Shown: positions 19,379 to 29,281 of the stretch, in pieces
How positions within the stretch are numbered: the stretch's first letter is position 1
Layout: each line of letters starts with the position of its first letter
Assembly: GCA_030447415.1 (NCBI GenBank)
Contig: JAUJOZ010000002.1
Location: 147,351-211,350, forward strand
Direction: 5' to 3'
DNA length: 64,000 nucleotides
Source: Thermomicrobiales bacterium
Lineage (GTDB): Bacteria; Chloroflexota; Chloroflexia; Thermomicrobiales; UBA6265
The notes under the pieces: model-generated
Databases searched by the model: none
What the model was told of the DNA's origin: nothing
The model's input: the letters and a program-made list of their open reading frames with translations, nothing else
Made by a program: the position numbers and the translations under genes

Positions 19379-19746
19379 GGAGAACGAGGTCGTGGCGGGG
19401 CGCCAGGTAAGCCAGGGTCTCCGCAACTCCGGCGATAAGCTCGATCGGCTCGTGCAGGATGCGCTCGCCGAAGCCCATGACGCGGGCGAGGTCGTCGTCG
19501 GAGATGTCGCGCTCGGCGAGGTGCTCGTAGCACTGGCGCAGGTTGCGGGCGAAGCCGGCGGCGCCGTATCCGTGGACCTTGAGGTTGGCGCGCTCGATCT
19601 CGTCGAGGACCGCGCGGACCTCGGGCGGTGAGAGCGACGAGTGGTCGAGGAAGGCGAGGAACTCGTCGACGGCGCGCTCGAAGTGGACGTTGTTCTCCCA
19701 GAGGGTGTCGTCCGCATCGAGGATGAGGGTGTGCCCAGCCCTGCAT
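19343..19746 (-). pseudogene. 5' part of a second HAD hydrolase, truncated at the recombinase 3' end
   Basis: ILDADDTLWENN...TKGHLEEQRLK, then homology to 16111-16796 stops abruptly. Confidence 0.85.
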
Positions 19747-20580
19747 ACACTCGCGGGTTTTGCCTGGTCTTCCAAACCAACCCTGAATATGACGTTACGG
19801 CGCTTCCAACGGAGACGACACTTCCCCGCCCGACGAGATAAGTCTAGCAGGGCGGCTGGAGCCGGCAAGGAAAGACGATGCGGCGCCGCGGCACGAACGG
19901 CGACTCGGTGCGCTGTGGGCTGCTGGAGCGCCGTGAGGGCCAATGCTGCGTTTGGGTGGCCAGCTTTGCCGACGACCCCGCCCTCCACGAGCAGTGCATC
20001 CCCCTCGACGGCCACGGCTGGGCGTTCGTCCGAGCGATTCCCCAGGGCGAGGCGAACGAGAGGGCCGCGCTCGAGGACGCGGATGGGGTGTTGCACCAGA
20101 CGCCGGCGCTGGGCTGTGCAGTTCTCCCTGCCCATCGGGCTCTATAAGGCGCGGTGGATAGTCGCCGAGGCGGCGCGAAGCAGGAGGTTCAGCGGATCCT
20201 AGAGCAGGGCTTCCAGCGCTTCTAGTTTGGACGAGGGCAGGTTGGTCCGAAGGGGACACGCAGGTAGAGATGGAGGAACAGTTTTCTTAGGCAGGGATTG
20301 ACCGTGTGCAGCAGGGCCAGCAGCACCAGCCGCTCACTGATCGGCACGGGAAAGAGCGCATGCAGAGGCGGTGTCCCGCTTGCGTCGGACCCCGCCTCCC
20401 TCCAGTAGAGCCAGTCGAGGGTGAGGCGAAGGGCGGCAAGGCGAGTCGACTGGCTCATGGGTGGGGTGTGGATACGTTTCTTGTAGAACGCTTGTTCAAA
20501 CGGGCTCAGGTCCAGTGTACGGACACCATGCTAGGCTTGAGCGAGCTGCCAGAATGGAAGCGCAGGAGGCCGCCACCCTA

Positions 20581-21429
20581 ATGCCAGAGGATCTGACTGG
20601 ACCGGCCGAAAACTACCTAATCTCCGTGCCCGAGGCGGCGCGCCGGCTTGGGGTGTCGGAGGATCGCGTCCGCCAGATCGTGCGCGATCGAGGTATCCCT
20701 ACTGGCCTGGTTGGGGGGCGCATCATCTTGGACGAGAGACGCCTGCCTGAGCTTGAGCGGGCCCACGAAGTGCCGGCGAGAGGGAGCCCACGGCGGGCCG
20801 CGAGAAGCCGGAGGCGCTGGGGACGGTCGCGTGTGAAGAGCAGAGTCTGGCGGGTGCTGGGCGAGGCCGCCGTTATCACGAGCCTGTTGGCGTTCGTCCG
20901 CATTGACGCCTTCTCGATCGCCCGTGCCGTGGCGGCAGCGATGGCGGCCGGCAATGGCCTCATCTGGTGGTTGGTGTGGCGTCGCGATCGGCGCACGCAA
21001 CGACGAGACGACCCAGACACGTCGGGAGCACTCGAGACCGGCAGTCGAGTGCGCGAGGACTGGGAGGCAACACCCCAACTCAGTCCGTTCGGGATCCGCC
21101 TGCATGGCGTTCAGGGGCTGGTCGGCGCCATGTCCCTGGCCGTGCTCCTGGCATCTGCCTGGATGGAGGACTCGCCCAGTCTGTCCGAGGAGAACACGCC
21201 CACCGGAACACCGACGGCTCTGGCCAGTGCGACGCCGACCGCGACGGCAACCGCGACCCTTTCCTCAACCGCGACCGTCACACCCACTACGACCCCCACC
21301 CCTACGCCACCGCCAACGCCCACGCCGGAGTTCGTCCTCCTGCCGGAGCGCCCAGTTCTTCCCCTGCCCGAGCCCCCGCGGAACGGACGTGGGGATGCCG
21401 CCCTGTCCCCCAACCGGGGGGGAGAGTGA
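20581..21429 (+). CDS. excisionase-like HTH + transmembrane + Thr/Pro-rich protein
   Basis: ISVPEAARRLGVSEDRVRQIVRDRGIP; 2-3 hydrophobic segments; TPTPTPPPTP tail. Confidence 0.6.
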   Translation: MPEDLTGPAENYLISVPEAARRLGVSEDRVRQIVRDRGIPTGLVGGRIILDERRLPELERAHEVPARGSPRRAARSRRRWGRSRVKSRVWRVLGEAAVITSLLAFVRIDAFSIARAVAAAMAAGNGLIWWLVWRRDRRTQRRDDPDTSGALETGSRVREDWEATPQLSPFGIRLHGVQGLVGAMSLAVLLASAWMEDSPSLSEENTPTGTPTALASATPTATATATLSSTATVTPTTTPTPTPPPTPTPEFVLLPERPVLPLPEPPRNGRGDAALSPNRGGE

Positions 21430-21614
21430 GGACCACTACGGGCTGGAGAGGCCCTTGAGCAGATTCCAGAAGTCCGACCTGCGGTATTTCCGGGCGTGGT
21501 GGCCGTGGGGTCCGAGTTTTCGGCAGGAGAGGCTATCTGCGTAGAGACGATAGTCGGTATCGTCAGGGAAGCGTTCGTAAGGTTCCCGCCCGAGAGCCCC
21601 CGACGCCGCAGAGC

Positions 21615-21998
21615 CTAGCTGCTCCACTCGTCGTACACCCGCTCCCGCTCTTCCCGCCAGAATCCGCGCTTCTCCTCGTTGGACGCTCCGGTGGGGATCA
21701 GCCCGTACTCCTCCGCCAAGCCGTAGAAGCCAGGTCCGGGCATCTGATTGGTGCTGGAGACCGCGACCGCGGAGAGCATCGGGCGCCCTGCGGCTCGCTC
21801 GCGCTCCGTAATCGCACCGAGCATCTTACCGACCATCTGGCCCATGTAGCTGCCACCCTGTGGTAGACCCATGATCTCGGCGATCTGTCCGTACGTCACC
21901 GGCTGACGGGTTTCGGCCGCTCGGATGAGCAGTCCATACACGCGGATAAAGGCCTTTCCGTTTTCCAGATCGCTCGCCCCGGTGTTAGCGGTTGCCAT
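21615..21998 (-). CDS. hypothetical winged-helix-like protein
   Basis: GGAGGAG RBS; VTYGQIAEIMGL..GRPMLSAVAV..PGPGFY..FWREERERVY. Confidence 0.75.
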   Translation of the reverse strand: MATANTGASDLENGKAFIRVYGLLIRAAETRQPVTYGQIAEIMGLPQGGSYMGQMVGKMLGAITERERAAGRPMLSAVAVSSTNQMPGPGFYGLAEEYGLIPTGASNEEKRGFWREERERVYDEWSS

Positions 21999-22462
21999 GC
22001 CTCTCCTCCCTCCGACGTGCTCCACCGACCGCTCCGCTTGCGGTCGCATCCTACAATTTCGAAGCGGTTTCGAATGGTGTAGTGGGAGTGGTGGAGACTC
22101 TCTTAGTAGAGGAGCAGCGGGCGTTCGATCACGCCGAAGGTTGATATGGTGGCGCTCCTCCTGGTCCCTTGAGAGCTCACCGAACGTGTCGTCGTGCGTC
22201 CGGCGCGAAGTATAGGCAAGCACTCGCCGGAGACGCTCGGAGCGGATCAGCCCCGTGGCGACGTCGCCTTGCTCGTTCAAGGACACCAATGGACGACGTG
22301 CCACGAGGTGCAACCCTACCGACCCCGCGGGAGTCAACCGACAGCGTCCTCCGCCAGGAGGAGAGCCGCAACCTCTCGGCCGACGCGCGGCGCGCCTACC
22401 GCCGGACGTTCGCCTCGCTCTCGGTGCGAAACGTCCGGACGGTGGCCGACGCGATAATTGGT

Positions 22463-23641
22463 TCATCCGAGCCGGTAAAGTTCCCTCGCATTGCCCGCTA
22501 GGATCATGGCGGCGGCCGCGTCGGCGTCCGATTGGGAGAGCATCCCGTCGCTTACCAACTCGCGCAACACCGCCGCGACCGCCTGCTTCCCAAGCTTCGC
22601 GCTGGTGTAGTTGATCTCCGGGAGCGCGTAACCGTCGGAGCCGTAGCAGACCTTGTTGAGCGGCGCCATCGCCAACACGCCCCGGACGATGTCCCACGCC
22701 GCGTTCCCGGCGAAGGGGATGCCCTCGCTCAGATCGCAGTAGACGCGTGGCAAGACGTTGGCGATGTACGCCGCCTCCCGGTGGTACGGGTAACCGGTGT
22801 GCACCAGCAGCACGCGGCAGGCGCGATAGGCCGGGAACCGCAAGAGATCCATGAGGTACGCCGGGCGGCAGAGGAGGAGGTTGACCTCGAAGTCGCCCAT
22901 TCCCGTGTGGATCTGGATCAGCACGTCGTGGTCCATGCAGAGCTCGAGCGCCCGGCAAAGCAGGTGATCCCGGAGCTTCTTCATGCTGCCGCCGCCCAGG
23001 CCGCGCCGGATGGCGTCAAGCGCCTGCAGGCCCTGGTCCGGCGTTCGCGACAGCGGCGAGATATCGAGTCCGGTCCGGTAGGCGATGATCGACTTGACCC
23101 CCCTGAAGCCCTGGGTCGTCAGGGCGTTGGCGATCGTCTCGTCGTACCGGCGCCGGAACTCGCTCCAGCCGATGTCCGCCTTCAGGAGATCGGCGATCAG
23201 CGGCTCGATGCGGAAGACCGGAACCACCTCAACCGGCAGCTCGCCCCGCACCCGCTCGACGTCGAGCATCGGGAGCGGGAACCCGAAGTCGAAGACCAGC
23301 GTCTCGAGCCGGGCATCGCCGTACAGGCGGGAGACGTACCCCGGATAGTTGTCGGCGACCGCCGCGTTGCGGGCCGCGACGACTGTGTCGACGGACGGCT
23401 CGACATCGAAGAAGCGAGCCAGGTCGAGGATCATCCGCTTGAAGTAGAGGGTGCTTCGCTTGATCCGCTGGAGCTCGTCCCGGACCTCCTCGGACCAGGC
23501 GACGCCCCCCGCCTCAAGGTACTGCCGGGAGCCGCCGCCGAACGCGGTGAGATCCGTGAATGCCTCGGCCGTGACCGCCCCGCGCTCGAGGAACGGGTGG
23601 CAATGGACGTCGACGACCGGCAGATGCTCGACCTCTATCAT
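22463..23641 (-). CDS. amidohydrolase_2 family protein (FluG N-terminal-like)
   Basis: VDVHCH, KSIIAYRTGL, QIHTGMGD, LVHTGYPY, YGSDG. Confidence 0.88.
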   Translation of the reverse strand: MIEVEHLPVVDVHCHPFLERGAVTAEAFTDLTAFGGGSRQYLEAGGVAWSEEVRDELQRIKRSTLYFKRMILDLARFFDVEPSVDTVVAARNAAVADNYPGYVSRLYGDARLETLVFDFGFPLPMLDVERVRGELPVEVVPVFRIEPLIADLLKADIGWSEFRRRYDETIANALTTQGFRGVKSIIAYRTGLDISPLSRTPDQGLQALDAIRRGLGGGSMKKLRDHLLCRALELCMDHDVLIQIHTGMGDFEVNLLLCRPAYLMDLLRFPAYRACRVLLVHTGYPYHREAAYIANVLPRVYCDLSEGIPFAGNAAWDIVRGVLAMAPLNKVCYGSDGYALPEINYTSAKLGKQAVAAVLRELVSDGMLSQSDADAAAAMILAGNARELYRLG

Positions 23642-23643
23642 GC

Positions 23644-24999
23644 CTAGATGATCTCCAGGTAGGTCGCCCGTTCCCAGGGGTGGACGTGCGTCTCGTAAGC
23701 GGCCAACTCGTGCCGCTTGACCGTCAGGAAGTGCCTCAACGCGGTCTGCCCAACGGCCCCGGCCACCACCTCGTCCCCCTCGAGTGCCGCCAGCGCCTCC
23801 GAGAGGGTCCGCGGCAGGTAGGCGATGCCGTACCGCGTGATCTCCTCCGGCGTCAGGTGGCCGATATCCCCCTGGAAGGGCGGCGGCGGATCGACCCGCT
23901 GGCGGATGCCGTCGGCGCCGGCGCCAAGCAGGCCGGCCAGGAGCAGGAAGGGCTGACAACTGTTGTCGGGCGACCGGAACTCCAGGTGGCGCCGCCTGCC
24001 GGTGCCGGGGATGCGGACGACGCCGGAGCGGTTCCCGTATCCCCAGTAGGTGTTGGCCGGCGCCCACGAGCCGGGTTGGAGTCGCTTGTAGGAGTTCACC
24101 GTCGGCGCGCCCAGACCCGTGAGGGCGTCGACGTGACGAAGGATGCCGCCAAGGAACCAGCCCCCCAAGTCGGAGAGCGAGGTCTCGTCCTGGTCGGAGG
24201 CGGTGACGTCGTTCTCCCCCTCGGTGTCCCAGAGGCTGAGGTGGACATGCAGGCTGCACCCGGGCCAGTCGGCATACGGCTTCGGCATAAACGTCGCCAC
24301 GTAGCCCTGCTCGCGAGCCAGATCGCGAACGGCCTCCTTGAGCGAGTAGTAGTCGTCGACGGCACGGATCGGATCGGCATGCCGGATCGACATCTCGTAC
24401 TGGCCGCGACCGTACTCCTTGCCGAGTTGGGCGACCGTCACGCCCATTGATCGCAACTCGTTGACGACCCGCTGGACAAATGCGTGCTCGACGGCCAGAC
24501 CCGTCTGGCTGAACATCCGGGTCTGGTTGACCGGCTCGTACTCGGCGTCGTGGCCGCCGTGGAGCAGGTAGAACTCGGGTTCGAGCGCGGCCTGAACGGT
24601 GTAGCCGAGACCGCGCAGTTCCTCGACCGCCGCCGCCAGTCGTGTCCGCGGGCAGCCGTCCCAGGCTGCGCCGTCGGTCGAGCGCATCCAGGCGTGGCAC
24701 CTGGCCGTGTTCGGATAGCGGGGAAGGACGGCGTAGGATTGCGGATTCGGGACGGCGAGAAAATCCCCGGTATCGGCCAGGAGCGTTGCCCCGACCGCCT
24801 GGTGGTCGTCGGCGGCCATGTTGAGATTCGCCAGCGCGAAGACCACGCCGTCGCGAACCGCGCCGCGAAAGCTCTCGCGCGGCAGCGTCTTGGCCGCCGC
24901 GCGCCCGCCGTAGTCGTGGTAGATGACCCAGAAGTGCTCGATCCCGTCGTCGTCGAGCCGTGCGAGCAGGGCATCCGCGTCGGTCGGTGGATTATCCAT
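23644..24999 (-). CDS. glutamine synthetase-like gamma-glutamyl ligase
   Basis: EPEFYL, EYGRGQYE, TFMPKP..HVHLSLW, NSYKRL, NRSGVVRIP, EFRSPD. Confidence 0.9.
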   Translation of the reverse strand: MDNPPTDADALLARLDDDGIEHFWVIYHDYGGRAAAKTLPRESFRGAVRDGVVFALANLNMAADDHQAVGATLLADTGDFLAVPNPQSYAVLPRYPNTARCHAWMRSTDGAAWDGCPRTRLAAAVEELRGLGYTVQAALEPEFYLLHGGHDAEYEPVNQTRMFSQTGLAVEHAFVQRVVNELRSMGVTVAQLGKEYGRGQYEMSIRHADPIRAVDDYYSLKEAVRDLAREQGYVATFMPKPYADWPGCSLHVHLSLWDTEGENDVTASDQDETSLSDLGGWFLGGILRHVDALTGLGAPTVNSYKRLQPGSWAPANTYWGYGNRSGVVRIPGTGRRRHLEFRSPDNSCQPFLLLAGLLGAGADGIRQRVDPPPPFQGDIGHLTPEEITRYGIAYLPRTLSEALAALEGDEVVAGAVGQTALRHFLTVKRHELAAYETHVHPWERATYLEII

Positions 25000-26191
25000 C
25001 GGTCAATTCCTCGTCCTCAGCGATCGCTTGCAGCAGCTTGGCGAGCAATGCCGTCCGCGGAACGATGCTGCTGCGCAGGATGTATTCGCCGGGGCTATGG
25101 TCGAGCCCGCCGATCGGCCCTAAGCCGTCGAGTCCCGGCGTCCCGGCGTGGACCGCGTGGCTGACGTCCGAGGCGCCGCCCGTTGCCGCGCCCTTGAGCG
25201 GGAAGCCGAGGTCGCCCGCGATCCGAGTCGCGTGCCGCTCCAACCGAACGGTCCCGGCCGAGCGCTCCATCGCCGGCATTCCCGGTCCGCCGCTGAGCTC
25301 CATCGTCGCGGTCACGCCGGGGACTCTGGGCGACGCGACGACCTGCCGCAGCGCACCGGCGAGCTCCTCCATCTCGGCATTGGACCAGGCCCGCAGATCG
25401 AAGAGGACGGAGGCGCGGTCGGCGACGATGTTCGGGTTCGCCCCGCCCTCGATCCGCCCCGGATTGACGGTCATCCCCGGCTTCAGCCCGTTCAAGCCGA
25501 AGGCGGTGTCGATGATACGCGCCAGCGCGAGGGTCGCACTCGCTCCTTTCTCCGGCTCGACCCCGGCGTGCGCCGCTTTCCCGATCACCTCGACTTTGTA
25601 CCAACGGCTCGCTTTGCGCGACGTGACGATGTCGCCGTTCGCCCGCGCCGCCTCGAGCGTCAGCACCGCGTGGTGCTTGGGTCCTTCCTCGCGCAGCAGC
25701 TCGACCGAGTGGCGCTGCTCGATCTCCTCGTCCGAGACGATGACGACGGTGATCAAGCCATAGTCCCGCCAGCCGACCGTAGCGAGTACCTGGAGCGCGT
25801 ACAGCCCCGTCAGCAGCCCGGCCTTCATGTCGCAGGTACCGGGACCGAGGACCTTGTCGCCCTCGATGGTGAGGGGACGAGCGGCGGCCGTGCCCGACGG
25901 ATAGACGGTATCGGCGTGGCCGATCAGCAGGATCCGCGCCGTGCCCCCGCCCCGACGCCGGGCGACTAGATCGTCGCCCCAGTCGGCCTGCGGCCGTCGC
26001 TCCACGTCGAAGCCGAGCGGGTGAAACTGCTCCGCAAACCACGTCTGCACGCGATCGACACCGGGCTTGTCGTAGGTGCCGGAGTCGATGCCGGCGAGAT
26101 GTCGAAGGTCGTCCAGGTAGTGATCGACCCGCGCTTCGAGCTTGGATACGATCGGGTCGTGCTCGCTCACCTCGATCGGCTCCCTTTCCAC
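24992..26191 (-). CDS. M20 metallopeptidase (glutamate carboxypeptidase-like)
   Basis: GHADTV, GPGTCDMKAG, SDEEI, AAHAGVEPEKG, GGASD, DHSPGEY. Confidence 0.9.
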   Translation of the reverse strand: MEREPIEVSEHDPIVSKLEARVDHYLDDLRHLAGIDSGTYDKPGVDRVQTWFAEQFHPLGFDVERRPQADWGDDLVARRRGGGTARILLIGHADTVYPSGTAAARPLTIEGDKVLGPGTCDMKAGLLTGLYALQVLATVGWRDYGLITVVIVSDEEIEQRHSVELLREEGPKHHAVLTLEAARANGDIVTSRKASRWYKVEVIGKAAHAGVEPEKGASATLALARIIDTAFGLNGLKPGMTVNPGRIEGGANPNIVADRASVLFDLRAWSNAEMEELAGALRQVVASPRVPGVTATMELSGGPGMPAMERSAGTVRLERHATRIAGDLGFPLKGAATGGASDVSHAVHAGTPGLDGLGPIGGLDHSPGEYILRSSIVPRTALLAKLLQAIAEDEELTDG

Positions 26192-26672
26192 GCTGCCACC
26201 CGGCGACCGGCGCGACGACCTCGGCGCTGACCTTACCGCCGAGCGTCTCCCGGAGTGCTCGGCCGAGGAGGCGCGGCGACGCCCCCGGTCCTCGCGGTCC
26301 TTCGCGGCACGGGCTTCCCGCTTGTTCTTGGCTCGATTCCGGGCCAGCGCCCGACCGCGAGGCTAACGGGATGACGTCGGCCGTGTAAGGGCAAGTATTG
26401 TCGATGCTCGAGACGCCGCGGTCGAGTCGCCAAGAAACCCTGGTGGATCAGTCGAAAACGTGCGGCCCCGGCCGCCAGGTGGTGGGCGTCCGACGCGCGT
26501 GTGCGATCCGTTTCGATCCGCCCCCACGCCTTCACCGCTGGACGGCGTGTCGTCGCGCGGCCGCTGAGATGTCCGCCACCGCCGGGGCGCTACGGAAGTG
26601 TGCGCCGCGGGTGAACATGGGGCACGGCGGCGAGCCAATCAGGGTTACCCGGACGGGCGCTCATTGGCTCGG

Positions 26673-27544
26673 TCAGGATGCCCGTGTACGGTGCATCTTC
26701 TCGAGCCCGGCCTGCTGTCGTCGCAGGCGTGCTTCCGCGCCGTGAACCGCACGCCGTGCTCGCTCGTCGCCGAGGTGGCGGAACGTGGCAAAGAGGGCCA
26801 ACACTCCTCGAAGCGCACCGAGGCGGGCCGGCGCTCAAGGTCGAACCCCGCGCCGCGCTCGATCCGCTTCAGCCCGCCCCTGCCCAGGATGCGGGCCATG
26901 GCGGCGCGCACGCTTGGCTGCCACGCCGTGAATGCAAAGACGACGACATCGCGGAACAATTCAGCGTCGTCCGGGTCAATGACGGGTGGTCCGCGCTTGC
27001 GCAGGCGCAACAGCACCACCTCAACACGGGGTGCCAGCACGAAGTCGGTCGGCCGGAAGCGGTGAACGAGCGTCGGCTCGAACCAGGGTTTCAACAAGAG
27101 GGCGGACAGGGACTCGCATGGCTCCCCGAGGACCTTGGCGGCTGCCTCTTGTTGGACAACCAAGTACGCATCCTCCGGCGGCCATGCCCCGCTCGTCAGC
27201 TTGGTGACGATGGCGGACGTGATGTTGAACGGGATGCTCGCAAAGACCTTGTATCCCGTGATCGGGAGCGGGAAGGGCAGGAAGTCCGCCTCGAACACCG
27301 CCACGTTGCCGACTGCGGCAAACCGGGCCGACAGCTCGTCGGCACGGTCCGGATCCTTCTCGATCGCCAGGACTTGACGGCAGCGGGTGGCCAGCCGTTC
27401 CGTGATCGCCCCCTTGTCCAGCCCGATCTCGACCACTAGGTCGTCCGGACCGATGCTTGAGCGCTCGAGCAGGCGGTCGACGAGCCGGCGGCTGCGGAGG
27501 AAGTTCTGGGAATACGCGACGCTGCGGCGGTGAGCAGATGACAT
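26673..27544 (-). CDS. erm: Erm-family 23S rRNA adenine-N6 methyltransferase (frameshift near 26800)
   Basis: YSQNFL, VVEIG, AIEKD, DFL, SIPFNIT, VQQEAA; C-terminal LEKMHRTR in the shifted frame; upstream leader peptide. Confidence 0.75.
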
Positions 27545-27717
27545 AAGCCCCTCCGGAGCGAGTCTGGGGACACTCAGCGACGCCGCACCGCCGGTTGGCG
27601 AGTGCGACGTGAGCGGAGCCCGAACTCGATTAGGAGGTTACGCGGAGAACACGAGGGGTCGGCGTCGGCGACGCCGGTCGTGCGGCACCCGAGTCCTGGA
27701 CCGCGGAGGGGGTCCGC

Positions 27718-27759
27718 TCAGGCTCGGCGAATGCGGATGAACACGTAGTATCCAGTCAT
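27718..27759 (-). CDS. erm leader peptide MTGYYVFIRIRRA
   Basis: 13-aa ORF about 170 nt upstream of erm with an R-x-R motif, followed by anti-SD CCCCTCCG. Confidence 0.65.
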   Translation of the reverse strand: MTGYYVFIRIRRA

Positions 27760-28111
27760 GGCAGAGGCATCGTAGCGGCGAGGCCGGCGCCGGTTAAGCC
27801 CGGAGCCGCGCCGAGCCTTCGAGTGGGCGAACCGGGTGCGTTCGGGTGGAGCGCGTCTTGCGACGGCACGGGACGCGCCGCCGGCCGGCGCGCGGTCCTC
27901 GACCGCCGCGGCCAACCAGGAGCGGGTCCTGGAGATGGGTGAGGACCACCCGGTTCGCCTCGCGACCCGGGCACGGTGGGGCTCAACGCGGCCTCCGCGC
28001 TCCTCGAAGGCGTGGTTGCTGTGGCGGCGCCCGCGTGATTGCCCCACCGGCCGTCGCGACCCAATCGAGGTCGCGCCCCACTGGCACCCTTCCCAGCGGC
28101 GAGGGCTTGGC

Positions 28112-28993
28112 ATGGAACGTCACAGCTTCTCGATGTCGAACGTCGCGTTCTCACGGCGCGGCCTGCTCGGCCTCGGCGCGCTGGCCGGCGCCGCCGCGGC
28201 GACGTTCCGTGGGACCGATCGCACGACGCGGAGCGCAGCGATGGCACGAGACAAGACGCGAGGGAGATCCCTCGGCACCCCGACGGCGGAGGAGGGGCGC
28301 TTGCTGGCGCGGCCCCAAGAGCGGGTCGAAGCCGCCCCGACGGGGCTGCACCCGTTGGGGCTGGAGGACCGGCGCGACGGTCTCCTCTACGTGCCACCCA
28401 GCTACCGGGCGGACCAGCCGGCGCCGCTGGCTGTGATGCTGCACGGCGCCGGGGGCGACGCCCCGCACGGACTCGACTTGCTCCGGCCCCTGGCCGACGC
28501 GGCGGGGCTGATCTTGCTGGCGCCCGCGTCGCGCGGGCGGACGTGGGACGTCATCCTCGGTCGGTACGGACCGGACATCGACTTCATCGACCGAGCGCTG
28601 GGGCAGACGTTCGCGCGGTACGCGGTGGACCCGGACCGCCTCGCGGTCGGTGGGTTCTCGGACGGGGCGTCCTACGCGCTATCGATCGGCATCACCAACG
28701 GCGACCTGTTCTCCCACATCGTCGCGTTCTCGCCTGGGTTCATGGCGCCGGCGGACCAGCGGGGCGAGCCGCGCGTCTACATCTCTCACGGCACGCGGGA
28801 CGAGGTCCTGCCGATCGATGTGTGCAGTCGCCGGATCGTGCCGCAACTCGAGCGCGCCCGGTACGAGGTGCGGTACACGGAGTTCGACGGCCCCCACACC
28901 GTCCCGCCGGAGATCACGCGCGAGGCGCTGGACTGGTTCCTGGCCGATCGGGACCGAGCCACTCCCGCCGCCTCACCCGCTGCCCGTCGCTGA
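28112..28993 (+). CDS. Tat-exported phospholipase/carboxylesterase
   Basis: FSRRGLLG; LHGAGG, GFSDG nucleophile, SHGTRDEVL, FDGPH. Confidence 0.85.
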   Translation: MERHSFSMSNVAFSRRGLLGLGALAGAAAATFRGTDRTTRSAAMARDKTRGRSLGTPTAEEGRLLARPQERVEAAPTGLHPLGLEDRRDGLLYVPPSYRADQPAPLAVMLHGAGGDAPHGLDLLRPLADAAGLILLAPASRGRTWDVILGRYGPDIDFIDRALGQTFARYAVDPDRLAVGGFSDGASYALSIGITNGDLFSHIVAFSPGFMAPADQRGEPRVYISHGTRDEVLPIDVCSRRIVPQLERARYEVRYTEFDGPHTVPPEITREALDWFLADRDRATPAASPAARR

Positions 28994-29281
28994 TCTGGAC
29001 GCTCGCCGGACGGAGCGGGACAGACCGGGAACCGATCGCCAATCGAGCGCCCGCGGACGGCGCGATGGTTGGTCACGCACTGCGTGGTTTGGTGGTGCGG
29101 GCGCTCCATCGTCGGCTGCCCGCCGCAACGCGGGCGGGTATCGTGCCCGCCCGCGTTTGTGGTGACCCGGTCGGTTCCGCCGCGGCGATGCCTAAGCCGT
29201 GACCAGATACCGTCCGAGCGGCCGCTTTGCCCACTCGGCGCGAAAAGGGGGGTGCGTTAGCTCCCCGGGCGGGCGCGACCA

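Noticed and set aside
19878-20458. Short ORFs between HAD-B and the HTH-TM gene
   Set aside because: No recognisable motifs and weak codon bias; coding status unsupported.
23644-24999. Housekeeping glnA
   Set aside because: Divergent N-terminus and the operon context fit a GS-like gamma-glutamyl ligase.
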